From Massalongia carnosa (taxonomy: Eukaryota), in assembly GCA_965645245.1 (NCBI GenBank), contig OZ287088.1, forward strand, positions 372,001 through 436,000: DNA of 64,000 nt, written 5' to 3'. Of this stretch, positions 12,559 through 23,730 are shown in pieces; within the stretch, counting starts at the first letter, position 1, and each line of letters starts with the position of its first letter. The notes beneath the pieces are model-generated. The model saw only the letters and a program-made list of their open reading frames with translations, was not told the origin of the DNA and did not search any database. The position numbers were made by a program, and so were the translations under genes.

Positions 12559-15500
12559 TGTTGGATGTTAGATGATGAGGCCACCATCATCATGGGCATC
12601 CATCATGAGCCTCGGGAGGTGCCTTGCAAAGTGCCTAAACAAGCAGAGATTGGAGACAAGGTCTGACCGTCAGGGGGACAAGGTCTGACCGTCAGGGGAC
12701 AAGGTCTGACCGTCAGGAGGACAAGGTCTGACCGTTAGGGGGACAAGGTCTGACCTCCTAGATGTGACTGTTTTGTGACTGCTATATAAAGCAGACAAAT
12801 AGCCCACATAGATAATCACCTTCAATGACAATCATGCTACTATACCTACAAAGTGAATTTATATTTCATAGGTTATGAGCCCGGCTCACTTCTACTACGT
12901 TTGAATAAGCCCCTACATTGATTGTCAAACAAACTCACCTCCACCTCTTCCACCTACCTCATTCTATATTATATATATATTCCTTTTCATATCCCACTTC
13001 AAAATCCAAGCAACCAAAGGGACCCTCTTTTTCCCCCGCTCAGTAACCCCTACTCCTAAGCACGATGGCCAAAGGGGAGAGTCTATACACATTCCCAAAG
13101 CTAATGGGGAGTGGAAACTATAAGAAATGGTCCAGAGACATGGCCTTCGCCCTGCAGGAGGCGGAACTTTGGAACTACGTGACTGGTGCTCGGAAAATGC
13201 CTCGAGAAATCCCCCCTCCACCTCAAAAAGCTGATGAGACACCCCCGGAGGAAACAGAGGAACAGCTAGAAAAGCGGGACAAACGGGACCTTGAACGCCT
13301 AGAGTTCTCGGAGAAACAAAGGAGAGTAGTTGGTAAAATAGGCAAGATGTGCACAGATGACGTGCAACAGGAATTCTTGTCGATGAGAGACCTAGCCAGT
13401 GGGGGCATCTGGGACCCGAAGGACCTTTGGGAACACCTGAAAACCCGATACACCCTCAGAAATTGGAGTGCGAAATGGAGCACATTCAACCGGCTGGAGG
13501 AGATAAACTATGAAAAATGCAAGACCATCGAGGAGTATGGTAGCCTAGTCAGGGATATCAAGGCAGAAATCACCGACATGGCCCTGACCGTTGAGCACAT
13601 TGTAGTGCTCAAACTCCTCAATGGACTCGGCAGTTCATTCAACACCTACCTGACCATCCTGAACGAACAAGCTCGGCGGGAGGACAAATTCCCGGCGTTG
13701 GATGACTTACTAAAAAACCTGGAGGACGAGGAGGCTCGTATGCGCCAGGACCCTGTCGCCGTAGCTAACATGCTGAAGGCAAAGGGGAAGAAGCACCCCA
13801 CCGAACAGGGTAAGACCAAATGCAAATGCTGTGGTTATAATCACTCCGGAAAATGCAGGCATAGCAACGCTACATGTAGGAAGTGTAGTAAGATTGGCCA
13901 TCTGGAACGCGTTTGTGAAAGCAAAGAAGGTAATGAAACCTCAAACCCCCAAATAGTTTGTACAATAAGGGAATGTTCCGGGAAAAGAACCCAGGAAACA
14001 CCGCTTATTTGTATGGCGGGTCTGTGCCGGGGTCCCAAGAATGCCCACGATCTATTGATCGACTCCGGTGCCACCGCGCACATTATATGCAATAAAGATC
14101 TCTTTCAAGAAGGGACCTTTCGGAGCGAAAATAGCTGTTTAGAAACAGGTTCCGGAGAGGTGTTATCGACAGAGGGGAAAGGCTCTCTACTCGTATCACT
14201 GGACAATGGAAATGGAGGTGTAACGGACCTCATTTTGACCAACGTCCTTTTCGCCCCCGACCTAAAATTCAACCTCATCAGCACAATACAACTCGGCAAA
14301 AAGGGCATATCTACGTACCTGATGGCGGATGACAAGCCCGCTCAACTGGTGCATAAAGGAAAGGTGGTTGGACTGGCCAAAACAATAAATAATCAGTATG
14401 TTTTGCAGACAACCACTATTAGCCCTACCGAAGCACGGGCCCTCACCACCACAAACGGTACAAAGGCCCCTATCCAAACATGGCACGAACGACTCGGCCA
14501 TCTCAGCTACCCAAACCTCCTAAAATTAAATCATTTAGCCAATGGAGTCACCATCGAAGGACCCATACCAGAAGAAGTATGCGGCTCATGCATGATGGGA
14601 AGACAACAGCGGAAAATAAATCGCACTCCACGAACCCGAGCAACAGAATTTCTCGGAATAGTGCATAGCGACTTAGGGGGACCATTTCCACTGACAAGGT
14701 TCGGTGAACGTTTTTATGCTACGATGAAAGACGACTTCTCCGGGGTAGTGTGGATCTACCTGCTGAAAACAAAGGGTCAAACCTTCGAATGTTTTAAGCA
14801 GTTCAAGACATGGATAGAAAATCAATCGGGAAAGAAAATAAAGAGACTCCGAGCTGATGGAGGAGGGGAGTACACCAGTGGTGACTTCCAGGAATTCCTA
14901 AAGAGTGAAGGCATCCAGTGGGAGGCCCGGGCACCAAATGTGCCAGAACAGAATGGGAAGGCCGAAAGGCAAAATTATACCCTCATGGTCCCCACTCGGT
15001 CCATGATGAAGGCTAAAAAGCTCCCAAAGTCCCTTTGGGGGGAGGTCCTGAAGACGGCCGGGTACATCAAGAATAGAAGTCCCGGGGTTGACGAGGTCAC
15101 TCCATATGAACGCATGAATAATGCGAAACCCTTCCTCGGCCACATGAGAACGGTCGGGGCAAGGACATGGGTACATATCCCAAAAGAGAAGCGCAAGAAG
15201 CTGGACGATAGGTCCTGGCAGGGGATATTTGTTGGGTATGAAGGAAACAATCAGTATCGAATTTACGATCCTCTCACTGGAAAAGTCCATGTTTGTCGCG
15301 ATATCACCGTCGACGAAGGCAATATATATGATTCCAAGGATAAAAAGGCCTGGGACATAGCCGACATTCCATGGGAGGGAGACGATGATGCTTTGTTTGA
15401 TGACCCAGATGATTTTGTTGATGAAAACAAAAGTCATAATCCGCCATCTTCGTTGTCTCCGAAAACTCCGAGCTCTGAAATATCGAGAAGTTCGGAAATT

Positions 15501-17701
15501 CAAAATGAAACGGCCCCACCAACACCACGGATAGTGCTACATCCAATGGGAGTAAATGCTTCGGGGGAAGGCCGAGAAGAGGAGAATGGGGGGGAGAGTG
15601 ACTCCGATGAAGTGGAGGACATTCCTCGCCAGCCCATCGAACCTCGAAGATCTGGACGAATAAGGGTCCCCAGTCAAAGAGCACTGGAGAACATTCGTCC
15701 CAGCATCAACACCGTATTCAGTTCAAACCAGGTCCCGAAATCCCATGAGCACATGGTGCGGGTGCTAGCAACCCTGGCAGGAGGCGAGGACAATGAGGGC
15801 CTCGATGATCCTTTGACACTGAAAGAGGCTATGTCCTCACCCCACTGGGATCAATGGAGAAAGGCCATGGAGACCGAGTATCAATCGCTAGTGGAGAATG
15901 AAACTTGGACACTAGAAAGGGCACCGACTGATCGAAAGGTGATCACCGGTCGCTGGGTGTTCAAAATAAAGAAAGACAGAGATGGGAAAGTACTGAAGTA
16001 CAAAGCGAGATGGGTAGTTCATGGCTATAAACAAAAGGAAGGCCTGGACTACCTCGACACCTTTGCCACAGTGGTAAAACCAGTCTCTTATAAGGCATTG
16101 ATGGGAATCAGTGTAAAGAAGGGACTGTCCATTCATCACATGGATGTGGTGACTGCTTTCCTGTATGGCTTCCTAGATGAAGCCATATATGTCATACAAC
16201 CCACCTTGTTCGAAAAAGGGGAGAACAAGGTCTGCTTACTACGAAAGGCCCTATATGGCCTAAAACAATCCCCTCGTGTATGGTACCAGACCCTGCAGGA
16301 TTTTCTGCAAAAGATGGGGTTTAAACGAACAGATTCGGATCATGGAGTCTTTGTATCGGACGATATCTTTATAGCGATTTACGTTGACGACCTTCTCATC
16401 TTCGGAAAAGACACTTCGAAATTGCAGCAATTGCAACACGAATTGAAGTCCCGTTTCCGCATGACGGACTTGGGAGAAGTCTCCCATTATCTGGGAATCG
16501 AAGTCGATGTCAACATCGAAAAATCGGTTATAACTCTTCGACAAACAACTTACCTGAAGAAGGTGCTGCAGCGATTTAATATGGTCGACTGCAGGCCCAT
16601 TTCCACCCCCATGGACCCCGGTGCCGGAAACACACTCATGCCGTCGGATGACCAGGCCGATAAGGAAACAATTACCTGGTACCAGTCGGTGGTGGGCTCG
16701 CTGATGTGGCCAGCCATGCATACACGCCCCGACATCGCTTATGCAGTGGGAGTACTGAGTCGATATTGTTCGAACCCAGGCCCATTACACTGCAAATATC
16801 TTCAGCGCATTATGCGCTATATATCCAGTACCCTAAATACAGGCCTCGTGTTTAGAAAAGACACCGAGGATGACATTGTGGGATACTCGGACTCCGATTA
16901 TGCTGGAACGAAAGATGGGAGAAAATCGACCGGGGCCTATACGTTTTTGTTAGCAGGCGCCCCAATTTCCCACTGTTCCAAGCTACAACCTACCGTCGCC
17001 CTATCCACCTGCGAGGCCGAATATATGGCTCTGACGGAAGCAGCTAAAGAGGCCATTTGGTGCGCGCGATTTCTGGCCGAGTTAGGATATCGGAAGAAGG
17101 ACACCCCTGTCCTACTTCGAGGGGACAATCAAGGGTCAATTGCATTGGCTGAAAACCCCGAATTCCACCGTCGAACCAAGCACATCGAAATCAAATGGCA
17201 TTGGATCAGGGAGGTGGTTGAATTGGGAAGGGTAAGCATCAAGTTTATCCCTACCACAGAGATGGTGGCAGATGGGCTTACAAAGCCACTGGCCGCTAAA
17301 CCCTTTGAGGACTTTAAGTCAATGCTTGGCATGGGCTAAACCCAAAGAGGCAAAAATATCCGGAGAGCCTCAAGATGGCTGAATGGGAGTGTTGGATGTT
17401 AGATGATGAGGCCACCATCATCATGGGCATCCATCATGAGCCTCGGGAGGTGCCTTGCAAAGTGCCTAAACAAGCAGAGATTGGAGACAAGGTCTGACCG
17501 TCAGGGGGACAAGGTCTGACCGTCAGGGGACAAGGTCTGACCGTCAGGAGGACAAGGTCTGACCGTTAGGGGGACAAGGTCTGACCTCCTAGATGTGACT
17601 GTTTTGTGACTGCTATATAAAGCAGACAAATAGCCCACATAGATAATCACCTTCAATGACAATCATGCTACTATACCTACAAAGTGAATTTATATTTCAT
17701 A
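12559..17701 (+). mobile_element. Ty1/Copia element B, intact and young
   Basis: 312-bp LTRs 12559-12870 and 17390-17701 that look identical by eye; TSD CCACC; PBS GGTTATGAGCCC at 12871-12882; purine tract before 17390. Confidence 0.97.
13065..17339 (+). CDS. Copia-B gag-pol polyprotein, 1424 aa, uninterrupted
   Basis: Zn knuckles, LIDSGAT protease, HHCC plus DDE integrase, YVDD RT, TKHIEIKWH/ADGLTK RNase H. Confidence 0.97.
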   Translation: MAKGESLYTFPKLMGSGNYKKWSRDMAFALQEAELWNYVTGARKMPREIPPPPQKADETPPEETEEQLEKRDKRDLERLEFSEKQRRVVGKIGKMCTDDVQQEFLSMRDLASGGIWDPKDLWEHLKTRYTLRNWSAKWSTFNRLEEINYEKCKTIEEYGSLVRDIKAEITDMALTVEHIVVLKLLNGLGSSFNTYLTILNEQARREDKFPALDDLLKNLEDEEARMRQDPVAVANMLKAKGKKHPTEQGKTKCKCCGYNHSGKCRHSNATCRKCSKIGHLERVCESKEGNETSNPQIVCTIRECSGKRTQETPLICMAGLCRGPKNAHDLLIDSGATAHIICNKDLFQEGTFRSENSCLETGSGEVLSTEGKGSLLVSLDNGNGGVTDLILTNVLFAPDLKFNLISTIQLGKKGISTYLMADDKPAQLVHKGKVVGLAKTINNQYVLQTTTISPTEARALTTTNGTKAPIQTWHERLGHLSYPNLLKLNHLANGVTIEGPIPEEVCGSCMMGRQQRKINRTPRTRATEFLGIVHSDLGGPFPLTRFGERFYATMKDDFSGVVWIYLLKTKGQTFECFKQFKTWIENQSGKKIKRLRADGGGEYTSGDFQEFLKSEGIQWEARAPNVPEQNGKAERQNYTLMVPTRSMMKAKKLPKSLWGEVLKTAGYIKNRSPGVDEVTPYERMNNAKPFLGHMRTVGARTWVHIPKEKRKKLDDRSWQGIFVGYEGNNQYRIYDPLTGKVHVCRDITVDEGNIYDSKDKKAWDIADIPWEGDDDALFDDPDDFVDENKSHNPPSSLSPKTPSSEISRSSEIQNETAPPTPRIVLHPMGVNASGEGREEENGGESDSDEVEDIPRQPIEPRRSGRIRVPSQRALENIRPSINTVFSSNQVPKSHEHMVRVLATLAGGEDNEGLDDPLTLKEAMSSPHWDQWRKAMETEYQSLVENETWTLERAPTDRKVITGRWVFKIKKDRDGKVLKYKARWVVHGYKQKEGLDYLDTFATVVKPVSYKALMGISVKKGLSIHHMDVVTAFLYGFLDEAIYVIQPTLFEKGENKVCLLRKALYGLKQSPRVWYQTLQDFLQKMGFKRTDSDHGVFVSDDIFIAIYVDDLLIFGKDTSKLQQLQHELKSRFRMTDLGEVSHYLGIEVDVNIEKSVITLRQTTYLKKVLQRFNMVDCRPISTPMDPGAGNTLMPSDDQADKETITWYQSVVGSLMWPAMHTRPDIAYAVGVLSRYCSNPGPLHCKYLQRIMRYISSTLNTGLVFRKDTEDDIVGYSDSDYAGTKDGRKSTGAYTFLLAGAPISHCSKLQPTVALSTCEAEYMALTEAAKEAIWCARFLAELGYRKKDTPVLLRGDNQGSIALAENPEFHRRTKHIEIKWHWIREVVELGRVSIKFIPTTEMVADGLTKPLAAKPFEDFKSMLGMG

Positions 17702-18541
17702 CCACCTACGGAAGGAGAAAGGTCAAGGTCGAGGTAGTGTAGTGTTGGAACTGTGACTGCAACAGGCGGAATGGTAGGATTGGGCAATTGATATAACTAG
17801 TTCAACAAACGAGTTCTTGCACATGCAAAACAAACTGGGAGAAACGATTGACTATCTACCACTACGTAGGGTAAAACTGCTCCTATTTATGCCCCGTCCA
17901 CCAGTCATTCCAGAAGCCTCCATTCCCATCTCACCGGCTGTTTCTTCCGATGCGATTTCTGACTCCATGCAAATTTGCCACCGCCACAGGCCATTCCTTG
18001 CCGAGGTAGATGCAAATTGCTTTGTCAGCTAGTTTCGGTATTTGGCATCGGTTGCCCGTTTTAACATGTAGCAACTGAGGTGTCTCTCGGAAACTCCTTG
18101 TTCGGTCAGAGAAGTTTAGAACTACCCTTCGAAGGGCCGCAGAGTCTGACTTCCAACGAAACGGGTAGTTAGCGGAGACCTGAGATCTAGCACAACCTGA
18201 TCGGAGGGCAAGGCCTGATGATGGTTCCTCCGGACTTCTGTAGCTGTGGACTATATACTGAATGGTTCGTTCAATGGGAAGGATGTCCGAGCTAAAGCCG
18301 TATTCCTTGCGGTAATGAAAGAATTGAGAGGCTAACAGGATAAGGTCTTCTGAAAGAGGTGGAGGTGAACCTTGTGGAGGGGCAACAGAGGTGAATTGGG
18401 AAGCCAGGTTGGGCCTCGCCACGGTGAATTCGACCGAGGTGAGCTTTGGCAGGAAGACTAGTTGAAGTGCTACTTCTGGTGGAGGACTCCTCCTGGTGAT
18501 CTATACAGTAATCAATGGTACAGCTAGACAGTGCTACCATT

Positions 18542-18744
18542 TGTAAAGGTAATCATCATAATAAGGGTGTATAAAAGGATGTTCATTGAGCAAGCTCGTC
18601 TATATACAGCTAATCTAGACTATTCCCAATCTGGACCTGCTCCTATCATGGAAGGACCAAAGAGTTACCCGGTTAAGCCGGGCTTATCACGGCGATAAGC
18701 AAGCGTTAGAGTACGAAAGCATGCTATGTTATATTATCGTGACA
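18542..18744 (-). repeat. Putative 5' LTR of the Gypsy element
   Basis: Minus strand reads TGTCACG...TTTACA followed by a TGGTAGCA PBS-like sequence, with TATA-like motifs; no partner LTR in the window. Confidence 0.6.
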
Positions 18745-19136
18745 TATATTTTACTTTTAATCAAAAAATTCTCGAATACAAGCGTACTCGTTCGTACGTA
18801 CTTACGCATTAAAACGCAGCTGAAGCAAGTTGTGAGATTAATTGTTGCAAGCGAGGGTTTCTAGAATCGATAGATGCGAAATGATGTAAGAGCAGGGATA
18901 TTCATTTTTTTATGTATGATCTTTATTCAACTGGGGGTTTTTGAAATAAGGAGAAAGGATAAGGGGAAGGAGGGGGAGGGGAGAAGTTAACGGAGAGGGG
19001 AGGGGAAAAAAAGGGAAATAGAAGGTGGCGAGATAAGAAATAGGAACTCAATCGTCATTCAATATAACAGCTCGTCTTTGTAATCAGTGCATATGCTTGT
19101 GTTTATCAGTATATATGTAATTCGTATACATTTCTT

Positions 19137-21875
19137 TCATGAACAAGAAAAAACCTCATGTAAGTCCTCCTCAGCCCTCATCTGATCGAAAACGTCAATT
19201 GCATGACCTGACATGCTGGTAGCTCTTAGTGACAAGCGTTCGAGAAAGCTTCTGAGTTTATCGAAGTGAAGATTCTCGATGGGTTGACATAAATCCCCCA
19301 GACGCTGGAACTCCTCCAAGTCCTCCTCGGAGAGTTAATGAGTTCCACAAATAGCTTTTAGGGCAGCGGAAGGCATGAATCGAGGTTGTGCAGGAACTGG
19401 AGAGTCCATCACTTCAATTTGGGGGTCATCCATGAACACCTTCTCAGGTTCGGTTGGGTTTTTGGAGACGGGTTTCGTATGCGGGTTATCAGCATGATCC
19501 ATCTGAATTTCCGCCAAGACTGAAAGTATGTTCTGCAGCATTAATACTGCCTTTGACTGATTAGAGGCTAAGACCGCGCTGTATTTCTCGAATAAGTGAA
19601 ACCAAAATCGGTGCCACACCGCAAGTTTACAGGCCTGAACTGATGCGAACTGGTTAACATCGGTAATGGCTAACATTAAGACGACGAAACCACCGACTGG
19701 GTATTGAAGTAGGGGCGGCTTAGGCTGTTGGACATTTTCTATGTTTTTCTTCAAGACCTCAATCATCGGCATCGGCTGGACGTCAATGCTACTTTGCGGC
19801 GTGCTGCTGATCGTTGTCATACTCAAACATAGTGGCAGTTGAGTCGTTGCTGCGATCCAAGAAGATGCAGTCTTATATGCTTTGAACCGTAATTCAAAGT
19901 TGTTGTCGTCGAGGTCAGCGAGTGTGCTATAGATTATTGATAAGAAAATTGGTTTCACTAAAGACTTCTGAAAACGTTTCTTGAGAGCAGTGTCAATAAG
20001 ACGTAGAGTTGTCGATTTATAGTCCCCAGAAAAAGCTGCCTGCATTATTGGGATAGCTGCCGTTACTTTATCTCCATCGTATTCGATCTTTCCGTGAATA
20101 ATTGTGTTAGCACACGAGTCACAGCAAACTTGTGACGACAAGATGTCAGTCTCAGGGTACGTACCCATGGCAAGTGGATACGCAAGGCCTTTCCGAGCAT
20201 TTGGCTGTGGGAAGTTTGGAGTAGAAATGTCTGTCGGAGGTGACTTCAGCAAGAAGACGAGTAAGACATTTCTTTCTTTACAGGCTGGGCATGTGCCCAG
20301 AACGCCATCGCTAGAGTATCCTTGTCGATACTTATATCGCTGAATATACAAGACCCCATTACATTCACCTTCAAGGCTAGATTTCAGATCGTGAAGATTG
20401 AAGCGATTCGTTGTTTTCGGAGCTGGGTTTCTGAAACCGGGCTGGGATGGCGCGATGGCAGCATTGCTTGTTTGAGGCAACCTCCTATCCTGTAGCCGTT
20501 GGGGCGGGCCCAGCGTATAAGAGTCATTGGCGAAATGCAATGTATACTGGTCGGAATCTTCCTGGAATCGAGGGTGATGCCTGCTATGGTAGAGTTGAGA
20601 CTCACGCTTATTCAAGCTTGAAAAAACCGAACTGAGCATTTCAGAGCTAGATCTGGAAGAGTTTATTTGATTTCGGTTGAAACTAATCCGTTCCATGACA
20701 TTAGAGACGACGCTACTTCGCTCCGACATGTCATTGTATTTTCTTCTAAGAATCGATACAAATTTTATCCAATTTGTCTGATGGGCGGTTCGTAGGTCAT
20801 GCTGCAAGGCCGGGATTCTATCATCTGGATCTGGTTGGGCGAGGGCTGAAAATAGCGCCCGCATTGCAACGAAAGCTTTTTGATCCACGTCCGGTCTCTC
20901 GCAAACTAGAATGTCCTCGCCTCCGATTCTCTGCTCGGAGATCCATTGGCGAATTTTGTCATCGTCGCCTCGAAGTTGTGCAGCAAGCAACACTGACTGC
21001 AGGTTGTCGTTGTTCGATAGAATTTCGTCGGCTGTTGAGCGATCAACCTGATTCTGATACAAATCTTGCAGTCTAATCTTATGTCTGCTTTGAAGTAACA
21101 GATCGTTGGGCCCCAAGGGTTGCCGCGTTGGCAGGAACAGGTTGAAAAGTTGACGGTAGTTAAACAGTGGAATATCACTCCATACAGTCCTTGCATCGAG
21201 GATGAGCTCATGCTCGCCAGGTGATATCATTACATTGAAAACACCCTTGGTCTGAAGGATATAGACCTGTGCAGTATCGATATCATGAAATAGAAACAAG
21301 CAGTCTGCAGCACTGCTGAAGACCGACAGACCGACAGATATGTTGCACCCCACAGGACGGGTCGTCTTATAGCCGAACAGGATGATCACACAAGGCGTAC
21401 CGTGAAGGCCCGCCTCACAGATGCCTCGTGAGAAGCCTTGAATCTCCTGGAGACCAATTTCTCCATCGGTTAGCAGGAACCATGCGGAGCATTTACTCAA
21501 AGCCAATCTGGCTTGAGGGCTAGCATGAAGTCTACTGGGAATGGTTCCTCCAGATGAAAAGAGAGTCTCGAGTCCGTCGACACTGACTAAAGACTGGACC
21601 TCGTTACTCCATGGTATGATATTCGCCTGCCTAGAAGCCTCTCGAGAGAAGCCACTACAGAGTGTCTTGATTACTTCCTTCTCTTCCTTGAGCACCTTGC
21701 CTTGGGTACTCCCTGATGTGTCCACAGCAAATACTGCGACACTATCAGAGTAAAAAATCTTCTCACTACCATTATCAGGTCTTTGTAGGCTCTTCTCGAC
21801 AAGCTCGGTAGTCGCACTTGATTCGATGGGACGCTTCAGGGGCAACTCTCTTGGAATTGTGTAGCTCGCCTCCAT
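19137..21875 (-). CDS. Host vWA-domain protein with Cys-rich motifs; in-frame TAA at 19335-19337 (possible pseudogene)
   Basis: VFAVDTSGST (MIDAS DxSxS), GGT and FLLTDGEI; CPAC...CCDSC; ORF 19137-19319 continues in the same frame after a single stop. Confidence 0.7.
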
Positions 21876-22605
21876 GACTTGATTAAGATCCTGGTCTTTA
21901 TAGTCTTATATTCTCATATTCTCGTGTAGGACACTTCAGCTGGGCTTGTTAGTTCATGGTTTGATCTAGCGAGGCGTACATCAAACGTTTGAGAGATTTT
22001 GAGCCGCACGTATGTAGGGGAGGATCGCACTTTGATATGGTTGCTTTGAATGGGTATTGTAAGCTAGGTCTTGTAGCCTTTGGCGCCTGTGTCGTCCAGC
22101 TGTTCGTGTAGGTCGGCAAATAGCAGATACTTCTGGACTTTGGATGGTATTAGGACAAGTGTATAGATGTTTGACCAATTTCACAGCTAATATTCGACGT
22201 TCTATCGGATATTTCCTTGTACTAAGAGAAGAAGAGTATTGCTAGCTCGCCGCTACAAGAGCCTTAGATACTGTGCTGTGGTTGTCGTCAAGCACGAAGT
22301 GCTGGGAGTTCGTGGACAATGTTTAACAAGCAGTACATATCAACTCAAAGATGTTGAAGCAGTTTGCATACTGTGACTAGATCTATGAGTCGTGGATGTT
22401 CACACGAGTAGACATGTTAGATGTCCTCTCACATTAATTGGGCTCAGGCAGACTTGCTATCTTCAGCCTGATAACACGAGGTTCCCAACTTAAGGCGAGG
22501 TGCGGGACTCTGCGTTTCCCTTGCAATACACAGCCTATCACAAACTCCTATGAAAATTGATCGAGTCCTCGATTAGCTGCATCGTGGCTGAGGACGGCGT
22601 CGGAC

Positions 22606-23475
22606 TTAATAATTCGAATAATTCGACGACATGGAAGGGGGTCTGGCAGGTACGTCGCATCCGTAGGAAGAATGGCTTGTTCTAGTTGATGATGAGTTTA
22701 CCACCGATATTGGCCTTGCATCACCGAATGATCGAGATGGTCGCAATCCAAAATAGGATCTCTGACCGGATCGGGATGAACCGTTTACGGCATTGTCATA
22801 GTAAAACACCGGCGACCGCTGCTCCTCGTGTACCAGCTTTCCAAAGGTTGCTACCATCTGCATAATGTCTATCGGCACTGGGGTCGGCATGACCTCGTTG
22901 CGGTTCTCGGGTGATATGTGTATCGGTCCATTAAGGCGTTTGGCAGGCTGATGGTGGGACCTTGGCTCGAGGCTTTCATCATGAAGTTTGAAATCTAGTG
23001 GTGCAGAACCAGGAGACCTTCGTAGGGGCGGTAACAATGGATTTCCGATAATTAAATCATCGTCTGACCCCGAGGTGACCCAATCTGGGGGCAATGACTT
23101 CTTGTAGCGATGACGCCGTTTGGTCTCCGGTTGAGCGTTGGTTGGACGTGAGTTAGGCTGAAATTCAATTGGAATATTCGATGGATTTTCATCCAAAGCA
23201 CGGGTTGGATGGATTGGATATTTTATCGCAGAAGAGCTCGCCGTTATGGTGGTGGCCTCTACATCCGAATGAGTTGAGATCACCCAGTCTTCCGCGAGGC
23301 CACGCGAGTATCGAGTGTGTTTCTTGTGCATGATTTCTATCTCGTGATACCAGTGTCCTTTTGACGCGGAGGTTGATCGATGGATCCTGTGAGTTGTAAG
23401 AATTTCTTCGGAGACAGATCCGGATGTTTGAGGTTGTGGGCTCGTTGGGATAGGATTGTGGCTTTGCATTTGCAT
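22606..23475 (-). CDS. Ser/Pro/Arg-rich hypothetical protein, possibly one exon of a host gene
   Basis: 289-aa ORF with no recognisable domain or TE motif. Confidence 0.35.
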   Translation of the reverse strand: MQMQSHNPIPTSPQPQTSGSVSEEILTTHRIHRSTSASKGHWYHEIEIMHKKHTRYSRGLAEDWVISTHSDVEATTITASSSAIKYPIHPTRALDENPSNIPIEFQPNSRPTNAQPETKRRHRYKKSLPPDWVTSGSDDDLIIGNPLLPPLRRSPGSAPLDFKLHDESLEPRSHHQPAKRLNGPIHISPENRNEVMPTPVPIDIMQMVATFGKLVHEEQRSPVFYYDNAVNGSSRSGQRSYFGLRPSRSFGDARPISVVNSSSTRTSHSSYGCDVPARPPSMSSNYSNY

Positions 23476-23730
23476 AGCCCGAACCCTTAGTTATGTCTCC
23501 GAACTGTGAATTGGAAAAACGCGGGCGCAAAACTAAACTACTTAATTAGGCGATCGGTACTCCTAATTTACATCCATTTGCAATCCAATATCTCCAAATT
23601 TTCGCACTTTTTAGCTAGCACTAGAAATTGCATTCGTTACCCATACAAGCCCTCAATAGTCATTGTGATCACGTAGAATTGCTCCCCGACTCTGTAGCTA
23701 TCTTGGCCGAAAGTTATATCGTCCCTTCTG

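Larger units (their letters stand above)
1830..18744 (-). mobile_element. Ty3/Gypsy LTR retrotransposon, 3'-truncated and degenerate, hosting four Copia-derived insertions
   Basis: gag-PR-RT-RNaseH-IN order; gag is contiguous across the insertions (NAADVGFFDPMY|...|IEHVGKDTYFRDVHLF); putative 5' LTR at 18542-18744. Confidence 0.85.

Noticed and set aside
13223..17332. Many short antisense ORFs over TE genes, here and throughout the window
   Set aside because: Shadow ORFs of the real coding strand with no independent motifs
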